Sequence record: NC_016163.1
Strand: one strand, 5' to 3'
DNA length: 64,000 bases
Position 1 is the first letter of the stretch, and the number at the start of each line of letters is the position of its first letter. The notes below the pieces were generated by a model. That model worked only from the letters and a program-made list of their open reading frames with translations. It was not told where the DNA came from and ran no database searches. Positions 36,604 through 47,738 of the stretch are shown piece by piece. A program made the position numbers and the translations under genes.

Positions 36604-38361
36604 CTATTTCAAAATCCATTTTCTTAGACCAGCATTATAAATACGATAATATCCATTGGCATGTGAATTTTCATATTCAGTTAAATTAGGATCAAAAATT
36701 TTTTTACATGTAGTAGGATCTTTAAATTTTTTAGCCTGATTACTTTTTTTCATAAATGATTTATGATAACGTCTTTCAGAGGCTTGATTGTTATTGGTAT
36801 TTATATAGTAATAATCTGGAGGGATTTCTTTTATCAAATCAAATCCCAACGCTCTATATAGATTACCATTACTAATTCTATTATCACTATAAGATACAAT
36901 AGATTCTATTTCGTTAATTCTCTCATCTTTACAGAATGCAGTAAGTAATTTAGAAGCACCGCCCACTACCTGCTTTGAAGATGCAAACCTTACCAACTCC
37001 CAATTTTTACCATCTGCTACAGAGCCTCTATTACTGGTAGTGAAGTTGAATAGCATAACTGCTAGTAATTCACTTGTATTTGTATCTAATAAACCATAAG
37101 CGTATTTATAAACACATCTGCCTTGAATATGAGTTGAATCAAGAAAACTATTTATAATATTTTTTGATAAACGTTCATCTGTATCATCAATTAATTTAGT
37201 TTTTCTTGCAAAAATTTTTTCTAAACCGATACTAGATTTAAGTAATATCATTTTCTTAATGATATCTAATTTATGCAAAATTTCATCTTCATAAAATTGT
37301 AATAATCTGATATCTTGTGATTCACATAAATTGAATTTTTCCTTCATATGGTTTTTCAGCCAGCTGTGCCTATTACGGTTACTAGGTAAAGCTTCACTAT
37401 GCCAGTAATTACCATGACATTCTATACCAAATTTATAATCAGGTAAATAAATATCAATTTCTTTACCATTTAGAATATTTCTGTCATGTTCTACAAAGTT
37501 GATTTTATTATCTCTAAGAAAATCTTTAATTACTACTTCTATAAATGGGTCTCTTTTAGCACATTTAATACATCTCTTACCAGAAAGATGCCCTTTAGGT
37601 AATTGCTCAAAATAACCATGTTCAGGGCATGATATCATTATCTTAGTATTACTATCTACATATTCCACTTTAGAATAGTCATAGAAGTCTCCATGCACTT
37701 TTTTAGCTTTTTTAATAAAACTATTAGTGGTATCTTTCTTAGCTTCAGCTGATGCAGTAATAAGTGGTATAGCACATTTAGGGCATCCATTACCTGCAAT
37801 ATGCCTATTAGGAGTTTGTTCGAAATCTCCATGTTTCTTACAGGTAATTATTACTTTAGTTTTATTATTTACGTAATGTACTTTATCATAATTATATTTG
37901 TTATTATGAATTTCCTTAGCTTTACTAATAAATAAGTGGCATCTACTAGGGTCATTATCTTTTTTAACCATAGCACATTTAGGACATCCAGCACCATGAG
38001 TATGACTATTAGGAGTCTGTTCAAAATCACCATGTATTTTACATGTAATAACTAATTTCGTATTAGTATTTACATATTCAGCAGATGTGTATAGGTATTT
38101 ATTACCATGTATTTTTTTAGCTTTTTTAATAAAAGACTTAGTATCAAAAACTTGATAACCTGATTTATTTCTTTTACATAAAGGACAGCCACCTCTATCT
38201 TTTCTTCTTATATAATGAGGAGTCTGTTCAAAATCACCATGTTCTTTACATGTAATAGTTACCTTAGTAGTATCATTTACATAGACAGTTTTATTATATA
38301 GATAATCCTCTTCTGGAAAACGCTCAGTTTTAAGTTTGTAAATAAATTCTTTAGTATCCAT
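36604..38361 (-). CDS. Hef-like free-standing endonuclease: four CxxHGxF Zn repeats, PD-(D/E)xK domain, Mom/GNAT-like C-terminus
   Basis: ITCKEHGDFEQTP-type repeats; EIDIYLPDYKFGIECHGNYWH; ELVRFAS..GGASKLL..SYSD..GNLYRALGF; late promoter at 38403. Confidence 0.8.
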   Translation of the reverse strand: MDTKEFIYKLKTERFPEEDYLYNKTVYVNDTTKVTITCKEHGDFEQTPHYIRRKDRGGCPLCKRNKSGYQVFDTKSFIKKAKKIHGNKYLYTSAEYVNTNTKLVITCKIHGDFEQTPNSHTHGAGCPKCAMVKKDNDPSRCHLFISKAKEIHNNKYNYDKVHYVNNKTKVIITCKKHGDFEQTPNRHIAGNGCPKCAIPLITASAEAKKDTTNSFIKKAKKVHGDFYDYSKVEYVDSNTKIMISCPEHGYFEQLPKGHLSGKRCIKCAKRDPFIEVVIKDFLRDNKINFVEHDRNILNGKEIDIYLPDYKFGIECHGNYWHSEALPSNRNRHSWLKNHMKEKFNLCESQDIRLLQFYEDEILHKLDIIKKMILLKSSIGLEKIFARKTKLIDDTDERLSKNIINSFLDSTHIQGRCVYKYAYGLLDTNTSELLAVMLFNFTTSNRGSVADGKNWELVRFASSKQVVGGASKLLTAFCKDERINEIESIVSYSDNRISNGNLYRALGFDLIKEIPPDYYYINTNNNQASERRYHKSFMKKSNQAKKFKDPTTCKKIFDPNLTEYENSHANGYYRIYNAGLRKWILK

Positions 38362-38451
38362 ATTTTTTATTACTGACCTATTTTAGTTAACTAAGAAAAT
38401 GTTAAAAAAATAAGAATAACCCATATCTCTTAAAGAGATATGGGCTTTTAC

Positions 38452-39537
38452 TTAAAGTTTAAATACTAATTGATTATCATTGCAGAGTTCTTCTACCATC
38501 AATGCTCTGAAATTTTCGCCATATCCAGTATATGCTTTCTTAAGCATATTATATAGAACAGGGTAAGTATTTGCTGAAATAATAATCTCAATGTTCCCAT
38601 AACTGTTAATCTCAATGTTTTCCCCACTATAGCTCTTTTGAAGACATATTAAATTAGCTTCTTTATCAATAAGAAGCTCATATTTGTGAGAGTGTGTACC
38701 ATTTACATAAATAGGGAATTGGCTATTATTAAAAAGTTCTAATAACCATTTATTTGATATTTTAGTAACAGATAGATATGATTCTTCTTTTTTAGCTCTT
38801 TCAAAATTAGGAGTAAATTTAGCTTGTTCAAAATTATTAGTAGATTGAATAGGAGTATTCTTAGACTTAAGTCTTTTCAACTTAGATAAAAAATCTAAAT
38901 CATTTCTATTAATTCTTCTACTTTTCTTTCTATTAATACTATCTTCATTATATGGATAACGTTTAATGAAATCATTTGTATTAGTTAGATCTACATGATA
39001 TGAAGAATCAGCTTCTTCCATAAAAAGACTGTTAAAGGTTAAAGAAAATTCTTTATACTTATCATGAGTATCAACTTCACCATCTCTTATTTTTTTAAGT
39101 AAAAATTGAGCTACTTCATTAGGGAAAATATCAAATAAATGATTAGGTTCGCCATTATTTATATTTTCTGGATGGAGAGGTATAGTCCATTGATTTAAAC
39201 GAGTAACCTTTTTAAGAATTTCGAATGCCGGATTTACTTCCAGCTTATCATTTCCAACATCTATATTCATTCTTGTAGTTTTTCTTCTTTCTAATACAAT
39301 TTTAAGTTTGCTTTCGATTTCATTATTATCACATAGAGAATTGCAATCTTTCATATAAAATGATAAGCCGTCTCCTTTATCCGTTGAAACATTTTTAATT
39401 ATTATTGGGAAAGTAAATGACCCTGGGGTTGATACAGGGATTTTATATGTTTTGATAATTAAGTCAGTGATATCTTTATTTAATATAATACTATCACCGG
39501 CAATGCGCATTAAAACTTTATGGCTAATTTCGAACAT
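38452..39537 (-). CDS. Hypothetical protein, 361 aa
   Basis: AAAGGAA RBS; early-type variant at ~39580. Confidence 0.85.
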   Translation of the reverse strand: MFEISHKVLMRIAGDSIILNKDITDLIIKTYKIPVSTPGSFTFPIIIKNVSTDKGDGLSFYMKDCNSLCDNNEIESKLKIVLERRKTTRMNIDVGNDKLEVNPAFEILKKVTRLNQWTIPLHPENINNGEPNHLFDIFPNEVAQFLLKKIRDGEVDTHDKYKEFSLTFNSLFMEEADSSYHVDLTNTNDFIKRYPYNEDSINRKKSRRINRNDLDFLSKLKRLKSKNTPIQSTNNFEQAKFTPNFERAKKEESYLSVTKISNKWLLELFNNSQFPIYVNGTHSHKYELLIDKEANLICLQKSYSGENIEINSYGNIEIIISANTYPVLYNMLKKAYTGYGENFRALMVEELCNDNQLVFKL

Positions 39538-39639
39538 TGTAAAATTCCTTTATATAGATTATTCACACTATAATTATATATACATGAAAAAATAATTAAA
39601 AATAATCCATATCCCTCAAAAGAAGGATATGGATATTTA

Positions 39640-39963
39640 TTAATATTTTCTTGAATCGTTAATAACTTTTACATCTTTAAGGAAAATATAAGATATTATT
39701 AGAGTAAATGGAATACTATACAAAACCGCTGATTCATGATGAGTAGCTTTAACTACTACTATATTAAGAATCAGTAGCATCATTATAGATAGAAATAATA
39801 CAAGTAAAATTCTAGATATATACGCTTGTTTCAGAGTTCTATACTTTGTATTATAAACCGTTACAGCTAAGGTACCGAAAGATAACACTGTATAAATAAT
39901 AAGTATAGTTGTTGAACTAAGATAATTACTTATAGTCAGTAAGTCTACCATAAAATTAATCAC
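39640..39963 (-). CDS. Small membrane protein (about three TM segments)
   Basis: Hydrophobic stretches. Confidence 0.7.
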   Translation of the reverse strand: MINFMVDLLTISNYLSSTTILIIYTVLSFGTLAVTVYNTKYRTLKQAYISRILLVLFLSIMMLLILNIVVVKATHHESAVLYSIPFTLIISYIFLKDVKVINDSRKY

Positions 39964-40678
39964 TGGAATTCCTCTTGTTAATTAGTTCAGGTAATTTACC
40001 TAAATCAGAAATCTCTTGTAAGCCTACTTTCAATGCAATATTTTGTGCATGACTACTAAGTTCATTCTTACCGTTTTCTACAATCTCTTCCATAACTTCT
40101 TCCATTACTTCCGTAGCAAAAGTTAAGTTTTTAGGAGTATTATTGATTGCATGTTTAAGACTTTTTACTTTTTCTTGAAGATCCTTACGATTTAGTTTAC
40201 TTCCACTTAAAGCAACTTCTAAATCTTTAAGTCTTTCTTGAAGTCCTTCAATTTGAGATGATACACTCTCTTCAAGAATTCGTCGTAAATGAGCGTTACT
40301 AGTTTCCGTTTCACCTATACTTCCTGGTGAAACAATATTACCATCGCGGTAATACGATATAGTGCATGGAGTACCTTCTCCCAGCCCAATACTGCTAACC
40401 ATAGCAGCCCATTGACTTTGAGTTAGATTAACTTCTATAAGACCCTTTCGACTATTAGGTCTAAATTTTTTAATACCATATGCTTCTACTTCTATACCCT
40501 GATCAATAGTTAACCGGATATAGTTATTGTGTCTAATTCCACTACCGAAAAATCTTTTACCAGCGCCACTTTGTACTCTAGAAATAGAGATATTGCCGAA
40601 TGCCGGATGAGATCTTTCTAGATGCCCTAAAGAATTTATTCTTTCTTCTATTAACACATCATTATTCTTTTTAGTCAT
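39956..40678 (-). CDS. Hypothetical protein, 240 aa
   Basis: GAGG RBS; C-terminal coiled coil. Confidence 0.85.
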   Translation of the reverse strand: MTKKNNDVLIEERINSLGHLERSHPAFGNISISRVQSGAGKRFFGSGIRHNNYIRLTIDQGIEVEAYGIKKFRPNSRKGLIEVNLTQSQWAAMVSSIGLGEGTPCTISYYRDGNIVSPGSIGETETSNAHLRRILEESVSSQIEGLQERLKDLEVALSGSKLNRKDLQEKVKSLKHAINNTPKNLTFATEVMEEVMEEIVENGKNELSSHAQNIALKVGLQEISDLGKLPELINKRNSSD

Positions 40679-40731
40679 GATTACCTCAAAAATAATTCCC
40701 TATACCTTCAAAAGAGGGTATAGGGGGTTTC

Positions 40732-40989
40732 TTAGATATGCTTTCGATACTTTATTACATATACCGTATGAATTATATGTAATACTGCAAGACAGATTAT
40801 AGTAGTATTAGTACTAAAGTTCCATCCAAGAACTACAGCGGTTAAAATTAATTGAAGACCCTTATCAGAAAAAATTCTAAAAATTTTCATTTTTAGCTTA
40901 TTTTCCGAAGGTACAGATATTGCGAATACTGCTAAGCCTATCATCAGTATTCCAACTACAGCAAATATTACTGGATAAGAGTAAATCAT
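40732..40989 (-). CDS. Small membrane protein, 85 aa
   Basis: Hydrophobic stretches. Confidence 0.7.
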   Translation of the reverse strand: MIYSYPVIFAVVGILMIGLAVFAISVPSENKLKMKIFRIFSDKGLQLILTAVVLGWNFSTNTTIICLAVLHIIHTVYVIKYRKHI

Positions 40990-40998
40990 ATGTATACC

Positions 40999-41445
40999 TT
41001 AAAAAATGTTAATTCTAAGCCCTATAGTATAACGTTTACCCTTGCCAACTTCTATAAAAAAGCTTTCTTTTAATCTTATCTTCATAACTATCTCCTTTTT
41101 GATCTTCTCAAAATCAATATCTTCCGTAACTATATAGTCATGAATTGCTTTCTCTAGAGAGTCAACAAAATCAGATAAACGCTTCTTCATTACACTACCT
41201 TTTATCCCATCAGGTAAAGGCATAATACACATTGCTGCGTTATCAAAAAATCTAATGTCGGCGTAATAAGTGTGTCTATGTCTATTATATTGTGAAAATT
41301 TTTGTACTGTTTCTCTGTCAACTTTCTCTACTAGACGTTCAAGAGGAGTAAATCTTCTATCAATATAATCTATTGCACCTACTACTAAAAGAAGAACTAA
41401 ACCAACACCAATTATAATAACTTTTACAGCCTCATCATGTGTCAT
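40999..41445 (-). CDS. Membrane-anchored protein, 148 aa
   Basis: N-terminal VIIIGVGLVLLLVVGAI. Confidence 0.75.
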   Translation of the reverse strand: MTHDEAVKVIIIGVGLVLLLVVGAIDYIDRRFTPLERLVEKVDRETVQKFSQYNRHRHTYYADIRFFDNAAMCIMPLPDGIKGSVMKKRLSDFVDSLEKAIHDYIVTEDIDFEKIKKEIVMKIRLKESFFIEVGKGKRYTIGLRINIF

Positions 41446-41714
41446 TATTTGAAAAGTTTCCTTATATAATATTTGATGGTTATACGAATTTCTTTACCTG
41501 TCTTCAAATAAATACAGGTGCTTTTATCTGGATCTACATTTCTATCATAACCTACACGTCTAATGGCATAGCGTATAAAAGTATTTTTAGAGCTATCAAA
41601 CTCACTCGCTATAACATATGGCGTATTAGTTCTATATTGAATTTTTCTCAATATAGGATTTACAATTCTTTTTAACCGAGTAGAGTGAACGGTATATGTA
41701 TTAGTTTCCACCAT
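41445..41714 (-). CDS. Hypothetical protein, ~89 aa (start probably 41714)
   Basis: In-frame ATG overlapping the end of the upstream gene. Confidence 0.65.
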   Translation of the reverse strand: MVETNTYTVHSTRLKRIVNPILRKIQYRTNTPYVIASEFDSSKNTFIRYAIRRVGYDRNVDPDKSTCIYLKTGKEIRITIKYYIRKLFK

Positions 41715-42057
41715 CGTCTCCGGAAGAATGATCATTGGTAGAGCCACGTAATTTAGATTTAGGAATAAGACCATTTTTAGTAGGTTCTAAATTACATTCT
41801 TTATAATACCATGAATATGTACCTTTGGTACCTAAAGAGTTAGCATACATAGTGCAGTCAATTGTTTCCCATAAAGGGCGATATGTAAAAATAGTTGTAG
41901 ATGCAATTGCTAATGCTACCAATTTAACGGTAATAATTCGACGTTTGCTATCTGTTACAATATCTAACCAATCTTCATCTTTTTTGTGAAGATAAAATGC
42001 AAATCCACCAATCAGAATTACAAGAATAGTTAAAAGTAACAGAAAATACCAGATCAT
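41701..42057 (-). CDS. Membrane protein, 118 aa
   Basis: GGAG RBS; two hydrophobic segments. Confidence 0.75.
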   Translation of the reverse strand: MIWYFLLLLTILVILIGGFAFYLHKKDEDWLDIVTDSKRRIITVKLVALAIASTTIFTYRPLWETIDCTMYANSLGTKGTYSWYYKECNLEPTKNGLIPKSKLRGSTNDHSSGDDGGN

Positions 42058-42068
42058 AAAATACTCCT

Positions 42069-42416
42069 TTAGAATTGACTAGAATCAACAGATTTAATTA
42101 AATCGATTTGTAACTGTAAATGTTTAATGGTTTCTCGTCTTAACGAGAGTGTTGCAGAATCTATATCTTTTTGGTGACAAATTAGGTAAGACTGATAAGT
42201 GCTTCCCATACTATCAAAATATACTTTTCCTATATCTTCTGACAGAATATTGAAAACTGAGCGTGTAATTAAGCGTACAGATTGGAAGCGGATTAAATCT
42301 GAACTACGTTTAGTATATGGTGATGGTTTGAGAATGTCAACTACATTAAGCTCTTTAGTATTAAGAATACCATTCTCAATAATTACCATATACAATTTAA
42401 TATCTTTAAGAATCAT
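42069..42416 (-). CDS. Hypothetical early protein, 115 aa
   Basis: Early motif at 42457-42441, AAAGGAA RBS. Confidence 0.8.
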   Translation of the reverse strand: MILKDIKLYMVIIENGILNTKELNVVDILKPSPYTKRSSDLIRFQSVRLITRSVFNILSEDIGKVYFDSMGSTYQSYLICHQKDIDSATLSLRRETIKHLQLQIDLIKSVDSSQF

Positions 42417-42511
42417 CTCATTTCCTTTAAATTAGCATTATCATTCTTATAATATATTTTTAAAAGTAAGAATAAAAATCCCCATACCTTTTTACAGGTA
42501 TGGGGTATTTA

Positions 42512-45148
42512 TTAGAAACCGCCACCTACATCTTCAGAACCTTCTTCGTTTTCTTCTTCTGAAGTAGAAATGGATTTCTCTACTTTCTCACCAGTGTATT
42601 CACGAACAATTTCATCCATAATAGAATCGAGTTCATCCCAATCTACGTTAGGTAAATTTTTCTTAGTGAAACGCATAATGAGTTTCTTCTTAAGTTTTTC
42701 CTGATCGTCTTGAGGAATGGTATCATCGAACGTCAAGTTTTCAGTAAGAGTAGTAACAAAGTTGTTAACATTACTGATTTGCTCACTTAAGTTGTTCATA
42801 TTCAGAGAAGCTGGAGAAGGGAACTTAACCGAGATATTATTAATATCAAAGTATTTAATAGCTGCTTTAGCCAAACTTTGAGTATCAGTATAGGACTTAG
42901 CATTTTTAGTCAAGATTTCATCTTTAGCTGGATCAGATTTATCATCTACTTCATTGGATTTGAAGTTTAAATTATAAATCTTACGAACTAATTCAGTATA
43001 ACCCTTACTAAGAATTACCTGATCACCGATAATATCACGAATAAAACGACTGTTTTGCATAGATAGGGTCTTAGCAAAATCTACGTTTTCTACTTCAGTT
43101 AGGTATGCTGAAGGGATTCCCATACCAGAGAAGATATTATTTGAGAGCCAATTAAGAAAATCGTCATCTAAACTCTTAGCATCTAATGCATCGATAGTTT
43201 CAAACGTAATAGGTTTTTCACCATCTACTACCGGAATGTAATAATCTTGGAATTCACCTACATAATTAATTATGGATTGCATATCCATATTAGTAATGGA
43301 GCTAATTTCTTTAGATTTTACATCACGAATAGCTTGTTGAGTAGCATTAGCAGGGTTATTATCTAAGCCTACTTCTACATATACTGCACGTTTAGGTGCT
43401 CCACGTAATACGTTTTGCATTAACAGAGTCAGTAGAGTAGTAATATAAATCTTAGCAAAGAAGAGAATATTATCAAAGATAGAATGGCCTCTATTGATCA
43501 TTACAACTTCTTCAGGCTTGAGATAAATAACACGTACTTTATCTTTACGAGTTAATTTACGGATAGATAAAGTATTGTAGATAGCTTGTTTAATTGTAGC
43601 AGATTTCTTAATAAGCTTTATATTAGACTCATCAGATAATCTGTTGGCAAAAGCTGCAGCAAGGAATTGTAAACGAGCATCATCAGCTACATCTAAACGT
43701 TGACCATTAGGGTTCTCAACATTCTTAGCGCCACTACTATGCCCACCATTACCATCAATAGGGATATCCTTACCAGAATACACCATATTTTGCAATACGT
43801 TGCCATTACCAACTGATTGGCTAGGCATAAAGGTGTAACCTTCATTACCATTGTCTACTTTATCTGAAGGCATTGTAGTACCGTCTGGATCAACCTCTAC
43901 GATATCAAGGTATAAGTAACCTAGAATATTATCTTCGAATGTAAGATCAACGATATTCCCTGGGGAGATTCGTTTAACTATAGCTTTTTCATTACCGCCA
44001 AGCTTAGTTTTAAGAATCTTTTCTTTTTCAGGGTCAGCAAGCTTTCTATTACTTCCTGGTTGAGTATTACCCTCACCAGTAGCATTGAATGGGCTTACAG
44101 CAGAACCAAAGAATCCAGAAATATTCATATCTTCACTAAGAAGTACATCTGAATATTCAGATAAAATATGACTACTATCACCAATAATAAAAGTATCTTT
44201 TAATGCTTCAGAGAACTTATCTAAAGCTGCGCCAACTTTAACGCCAGTAGCTTCTTTCTCTATACCAAATGCATCTTTAAACTCTTCTAAGAAGATAGAA
44301 CCTTGCTTAGAAAATGAAGCATTTTCACTAAGAAGTTGAGATTTATCAGCTGAATTAAGTAATCCTTCAGATAGGTTAAGAGTCTTATATGAATCAACTT
44401 TATCCAACTCTGATGCAGACTCAGAAAGCATTTGCTTAATTTCTTCGTTCATTGAAAGAACAAGATAAATTAATTTGCCGTCTCGTAAGTATGCAATTAC
44501 ATCATTCTGTAGCTTGGTATTGATATCATAATAAGTAATTAAACTTTCTACCCTATCTTTAATTTGTGCATGATCTTCTTCATTAACATTCTCTGAATCA
44601 ATCATAATATTAAGAGCGCATTTAGTAAAGTCGTCTGGAGAAATGATAGTGTTAGCTACCGTTTTCAAAGCAAGACGCATTTTAGGAATAATTCTTATAA
44701 TCAAATTATAAGTGGAAAGGTACTCCCAAAATCTACTTTTATTACTCTCTACTACATTACGAATTAGACTTTGTTGAGAAGTGGTAATTTCTTTCTTAAG
44801 CTCTTCTAATTCTTGCTTAATTTTCTTACCATTAGCTTTTCTTTTTTTACGTTCTTCTTTATCCTTTGGAGGATTAGCAAGATAGAACATTGAATCTACA
44901 GGCGGAGCTGCAGATTCAGTATTATTAGCATTAGATGCAAGTAAACGTCTAGCAACATTAGTAGCTAGTTTATCTATATCTGCATTAAGCTTATTTGTTT
45001 TAGCATTTAAATCTAGATCTTCTTTATCTAGATTATTTTGAATTTTTTCAATTCTATTATTGCTTCTTTCGAATCTTTCAGATATTTTATTCACTGCAGT
45101 CTTTGATACAGCGCCACTCAGGATATCTGGTTCTTTTTGCTTGGCCAT
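42512..45148 (-). CDS. Portal protein, 878 aa
   Basis: RGAPKRAVYVEVG, FQDYYIP, FSGMGIPSAYL, SMQNSRFIRDI match T4 gp20-type portal motifs. Confidence 0.85.
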   Translation of the reverse strand: MAKQKEPDILSGAVSKTAVNKISERFERSNNRIEKIQNNLDKEDLDLNAKTNKLNADIDKLATNVARRLLASNANNTESAAPPVDSMFYLANPPKDKEERKKRKANGKKIKQELEELKKEITTSQQSLIRNVVESNKSRFWEYLSTYNLIIRIIPKMRLALKTVANTIISPDDFTKCALNIMIDSENVNEEDHAQIKDRVESLITYYDINTKLQNDVIAYLRDGKLIYLVLSMNEEIKQMLSESASELDKVDSYKTLNLSEGLLNSADKSQLLSENASFSKQGSIFLEEFKDAFGIEKEATGVKVGAALDKFSEALKDTFIIGDSSHILSEYSDVLLSEDMNISGFFGSAVSPFNATGEGNTQPGSNRKLADPEKEKILKTKLGGNEKAIVKRISPGNIVDLTFEDNILGYLYLDIVEVDPDGTTMPSDKVDNGNEGYTFMPSQSVGNGNVLQNMVYSGKDIPIDGNGGHSSGAKNVENPNGQRLDVADDARLQFLAAAFANRLSDESNIKLIKKSATIKQAIYNTLSIRKLTRKDKVRVIYLKPEEVVMINRGHSIFDNILFFAKIYITTLLTLLMQNVLRGAPKRAVYVEVGLDNNPANATQQAIRDVKSKEISSITNMDMQSIINYVGEFQDYYIPVVDGEKPITFETIDALDAKSLDDDFLNWLSNNIFSGMGIPSAYLTEVENVDFAKTLSMQNSRFIRDIIGDQVILSKGYTELVRKIYNLNFKSNEVDDKSDPAKDEILTKNAKSYTDTQSLAKAAIKYFDINNISVKFPSPASLNMNNLSEQISNVNNFVTTLTENLTFDDTIPQDDQEKLKKKLIMRFTKKNLPNVDWDELDSIMDEIVREYTGEKVEKSISTSEEENEEGSEDVGGGF

Positions 45149-45150
45149 AA

Positions 45151-46203
45151 TTAATCCGTATTAACTAATAGATATTTATTGGTAGCAGACATAGTGAGAT
45201 CAAATACCTTCCTGATATCGGAAAAGAATTTTTCATATTCAGCTATAAGAGTTAAATCTGCGTTTAGTTTATTAATCAAAGAATTGTTTTCTGATGTAGC
45301 AGCTAATAGATATTCTTGAATATAGAACTTCATAGTTGCAAACATATCATCAAAAACAGGGTAGTTCTTTATTGATGATACTACATCAGAATATTTAGCT
45401 TCCATATAGGTTTCATCAGGGGCTTCTCCTAATGAGTTGATATGGAATATCTCATTAGTAACTAAAAATGATATAACCTTTGAAGAAGTCTTGTAGTTGA
45501 AAACATTATTGAATATTGCAGTAGATACACCAAATGCAGAATTAGAATCTGGTAGAGCTACAATATAATTAAATAACTTATCATTACTTAATTTGTTATT
45601 CAATGAATTCATTTGAGACGATATACCATTAACAAATTCTTTCATCTGGTCAGTACAATTAGTACTGTCTGGAGAGAATTGAAGTGTAGATATATCAGTA
45701 ACACTCATTCCTGTCAATATATCATTTAGAGCTTTCTCGTCAAAACTATGCTTGAAATCTGATAAGTTTGAATATAAACCCCCTACAGTAGCTTTATATG
45801 AAATATATGGTACCTTGTAGATAACTTTATCCAAAAGACCACTATTCTCTTTTTCATTATAATCTACTAGTAAATCTCTTACTGGAGAGCCTGAAGGTAT
45901 CAACCAATCAGCTGCCACAAAATCAGTTGTAGAACCATTAGATGGGAGTGGAAAATAATTTTTTTCATAGTTAGCAAGAAATTCACCTACGTATTGATCG
46001 TTTACAATAGGTAAATTTTCTACATCTGATAAAGATATTTCTTTTCTAGTAAGTAAACTAAAAATACCTTTATAATTATCTTTATCTTCAAGGTTAAAAA
46101 GTTTACTGAATGTACCAAAAGTACCTTCTTTTAAATATTTGGAAATAAATAACCTTAAGTCAGATTCATTTACTATATCAATCATACACCTACTCCTTGA
46201 CAT
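45151..46203 (-). CDS. Probable virion protein, 350 aa
   Basis: Late operon with portal. Confidence 0.75.
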   Translation of the reverse strand: MSRSRCMIDIVNESDLRLFISKYLKEGTFGTFSKLFNLEDKDNYKGIFSLLTRKEISLSDVENLPIVNDQYVGEFLANYEKNYFPLPSNGSTTDFVAADWLIPSGSPVRDLLVDYNEKENSGLLDKVIYKVPYISYKATVGGLYSNLSDFKHSFDEKALNDILTGMSVTDISTLQFSPDSTNCTDQMKEFVNGISSQMNSLNNKLSNDKLFNYIVALPDSNSAFGVSTAIFNNVFNYKTSSKVISFLVTNEIFHINSLGEAPDETYMEAKYSDVVSSIKNYPVFDDMFATMKFYIQEYLLAATSENNSLINKLNADLTLIAEYEKFFSDIRKVFDLTMSATNKYLLVNTD

Positions 46204-47204
46204 GCAGTTCTAATAGCTGTGCAATAAGTATACATATTATCAAATAAACTAATTATAGAGTCAAATTCTTCTTTAACTGTAGCAGTATCATTAAAGAAAG
46301 CACTACCATAGACTGTTGAGTACAAGTTGATTCGTACAAAAGTGGCATAGTTAAATTGACTTTCAAATAATGAACTTGAAAGAATGGTGGTATCAGTAAA
46401 AGAACTACTAAATGATACATTATTCTTTAATTGATTTACTGCATAAGAACCATCTTTAGTTTCATCAGCATCATAGTATAAAACCATCCCATTTAAAGCT
46501 GACATGAAATTTTCTATAAAACTGGTATATTTAGCTTGCTTAAATCCGCCTTTAGCTATATAAAATTCTAAATCAGTATAGTTAATTTTTAAACTAAGCG
46601 TATTATCAGTAGTAAAAATAAAGTAGTAATCTGAAATCTTTTTGAAGAAGTTGGTTACTAGATTATTCAGACGTCTATAACCATATTTAGTTTGGATAGC
46701 AGCGGCTTGAGAAATAATACTATTCTGTAGAGCTACCAATGAACTATCATTGATAATCTGAGTATATGCTGACATTAAAACTGTAACTGAACTTACTGAA
46801 CCATCAGTTATTCCTAATGGATCAATTACTTTGGATACAGCTATTCTGAATGGAGACAATGATGCAGTAGCAAATCTATCTGCAGTTTTACCATTCATTT
46901 CATTAATCAAATTAGTATAGGAGGCAAAGCTCTTGATCTTGGTTTTATACTGAGTAATAGCTGTTTTATTATCATTAAGATCATATATAACTAGCTTGTT
47001 TCTAATAGTAGTATTATTGATATTCATAGTGTATAAATCACTAATATCAAATACCCCATTTATCAAGAAATACACTAGTTGTTGCAATAAATTGCCATCA
47101 AGTAACTGGATAGCACCTAATACCTTTTGAACTCTTGTATCTGTTCCATCCAAAGTATTAACCCATTCTTGGATGTCAGAGTTAGAAATAGTACCTTCGT
47201 TCAT
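46182..47204 (-). CDS. Probable virion protein, 340 aa
   Basis: Late operon with portal; AAGGA RBS. Confidence 0.75.
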   Translation of the reverse strand: MNEGTISNSDIQEWVNTLDGTDTRVQKVLGAIQLLDGNLLQQLVYFLINGVFDISDLYTMNINNTTIRNKLVIYDLNDNKTAITQYKTKIKSFASYTNLINEMNGKTADRFATASLSPFRIAVSKVIDPLGITDGSVSSVTVLMSAYTQIINDSSLVALQNSIISQAAAIQTKYGYRRLNNLVTNFFKKISDYYFIFTTDNTLSLKINYTDLEFYIAKGGFKQAKYTSFIENFMSALNGMVLYYDADETKDGSYAVNQLKNNVSFSSSFTDTTILSSSLFESQFNYATFVRINLYSTVYGSAFFNDTATVKEEFDSIISLFDNMYTYCTAIRTACQGVGV

Positions 47205-47213
47205 TTTAAATCC

Positions 47214-47738
47214 TTACAATTTACTAATAGGTTTATAAGACATTTTGTTGGACATAAAAATTTGTGTTTCTTTATTTTGTCCATCAATATCTTCTAAGTT
47301 TAACTGTTGATAGTAAGTTTCCTGAACAACTACTAGAATACTATTAATTTCATCATCAGTTAATGTATTACCTGTCTGTGATTCATATTCTTTTGCAATA
47401 GCATACCTATAGTCATCTAGATTATTAAAGAATAATTGGTTCTCTTTAATAATATCTGAAGTATTCTCTCCAGTTAATCTAGCTATGAGATTTGATTTCA
47501 TTGTATCTACAATGTTTTCACTTAGGTTTCTATTAGTAGACGTTTTGTTACTAGAAGGGATAACGTTATTAAGGAGCTGACGCGTATCTTCAATATCCAA
47601 TCTACCATCTAGAATTTCTTGCATAAGGGGTTTGTAATCACTAATATCTAGTAATAATAATCTTTCATATAACACATAGTTCTTAGAATTTACATCTAAG
47701 CTACTAAATTTATCTTGTAATTCTTTAATATGGATCAT
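47214..47738 (-). CDS. Hypothetical late protein, 174 aa
   Basis: Late motif at 47777-47765 on the minus strand. Confidence 0.8.
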   Translation of the reverse strand: MIHIKELQDKFSSLDVNSKNYVLYERLLLLDISDYKPLMQEILDGRLDIEDTRQLLNNVIPSSNKTSTNRNLSENIVDTMKSNLIARLTGENTSDIIKENQLFFNNLDDYRYAIAKEYESQTGNTLTDDEINSILVVVQETYYQQLNLEDIDGQNKETQIFMSNKMSYKPISKL

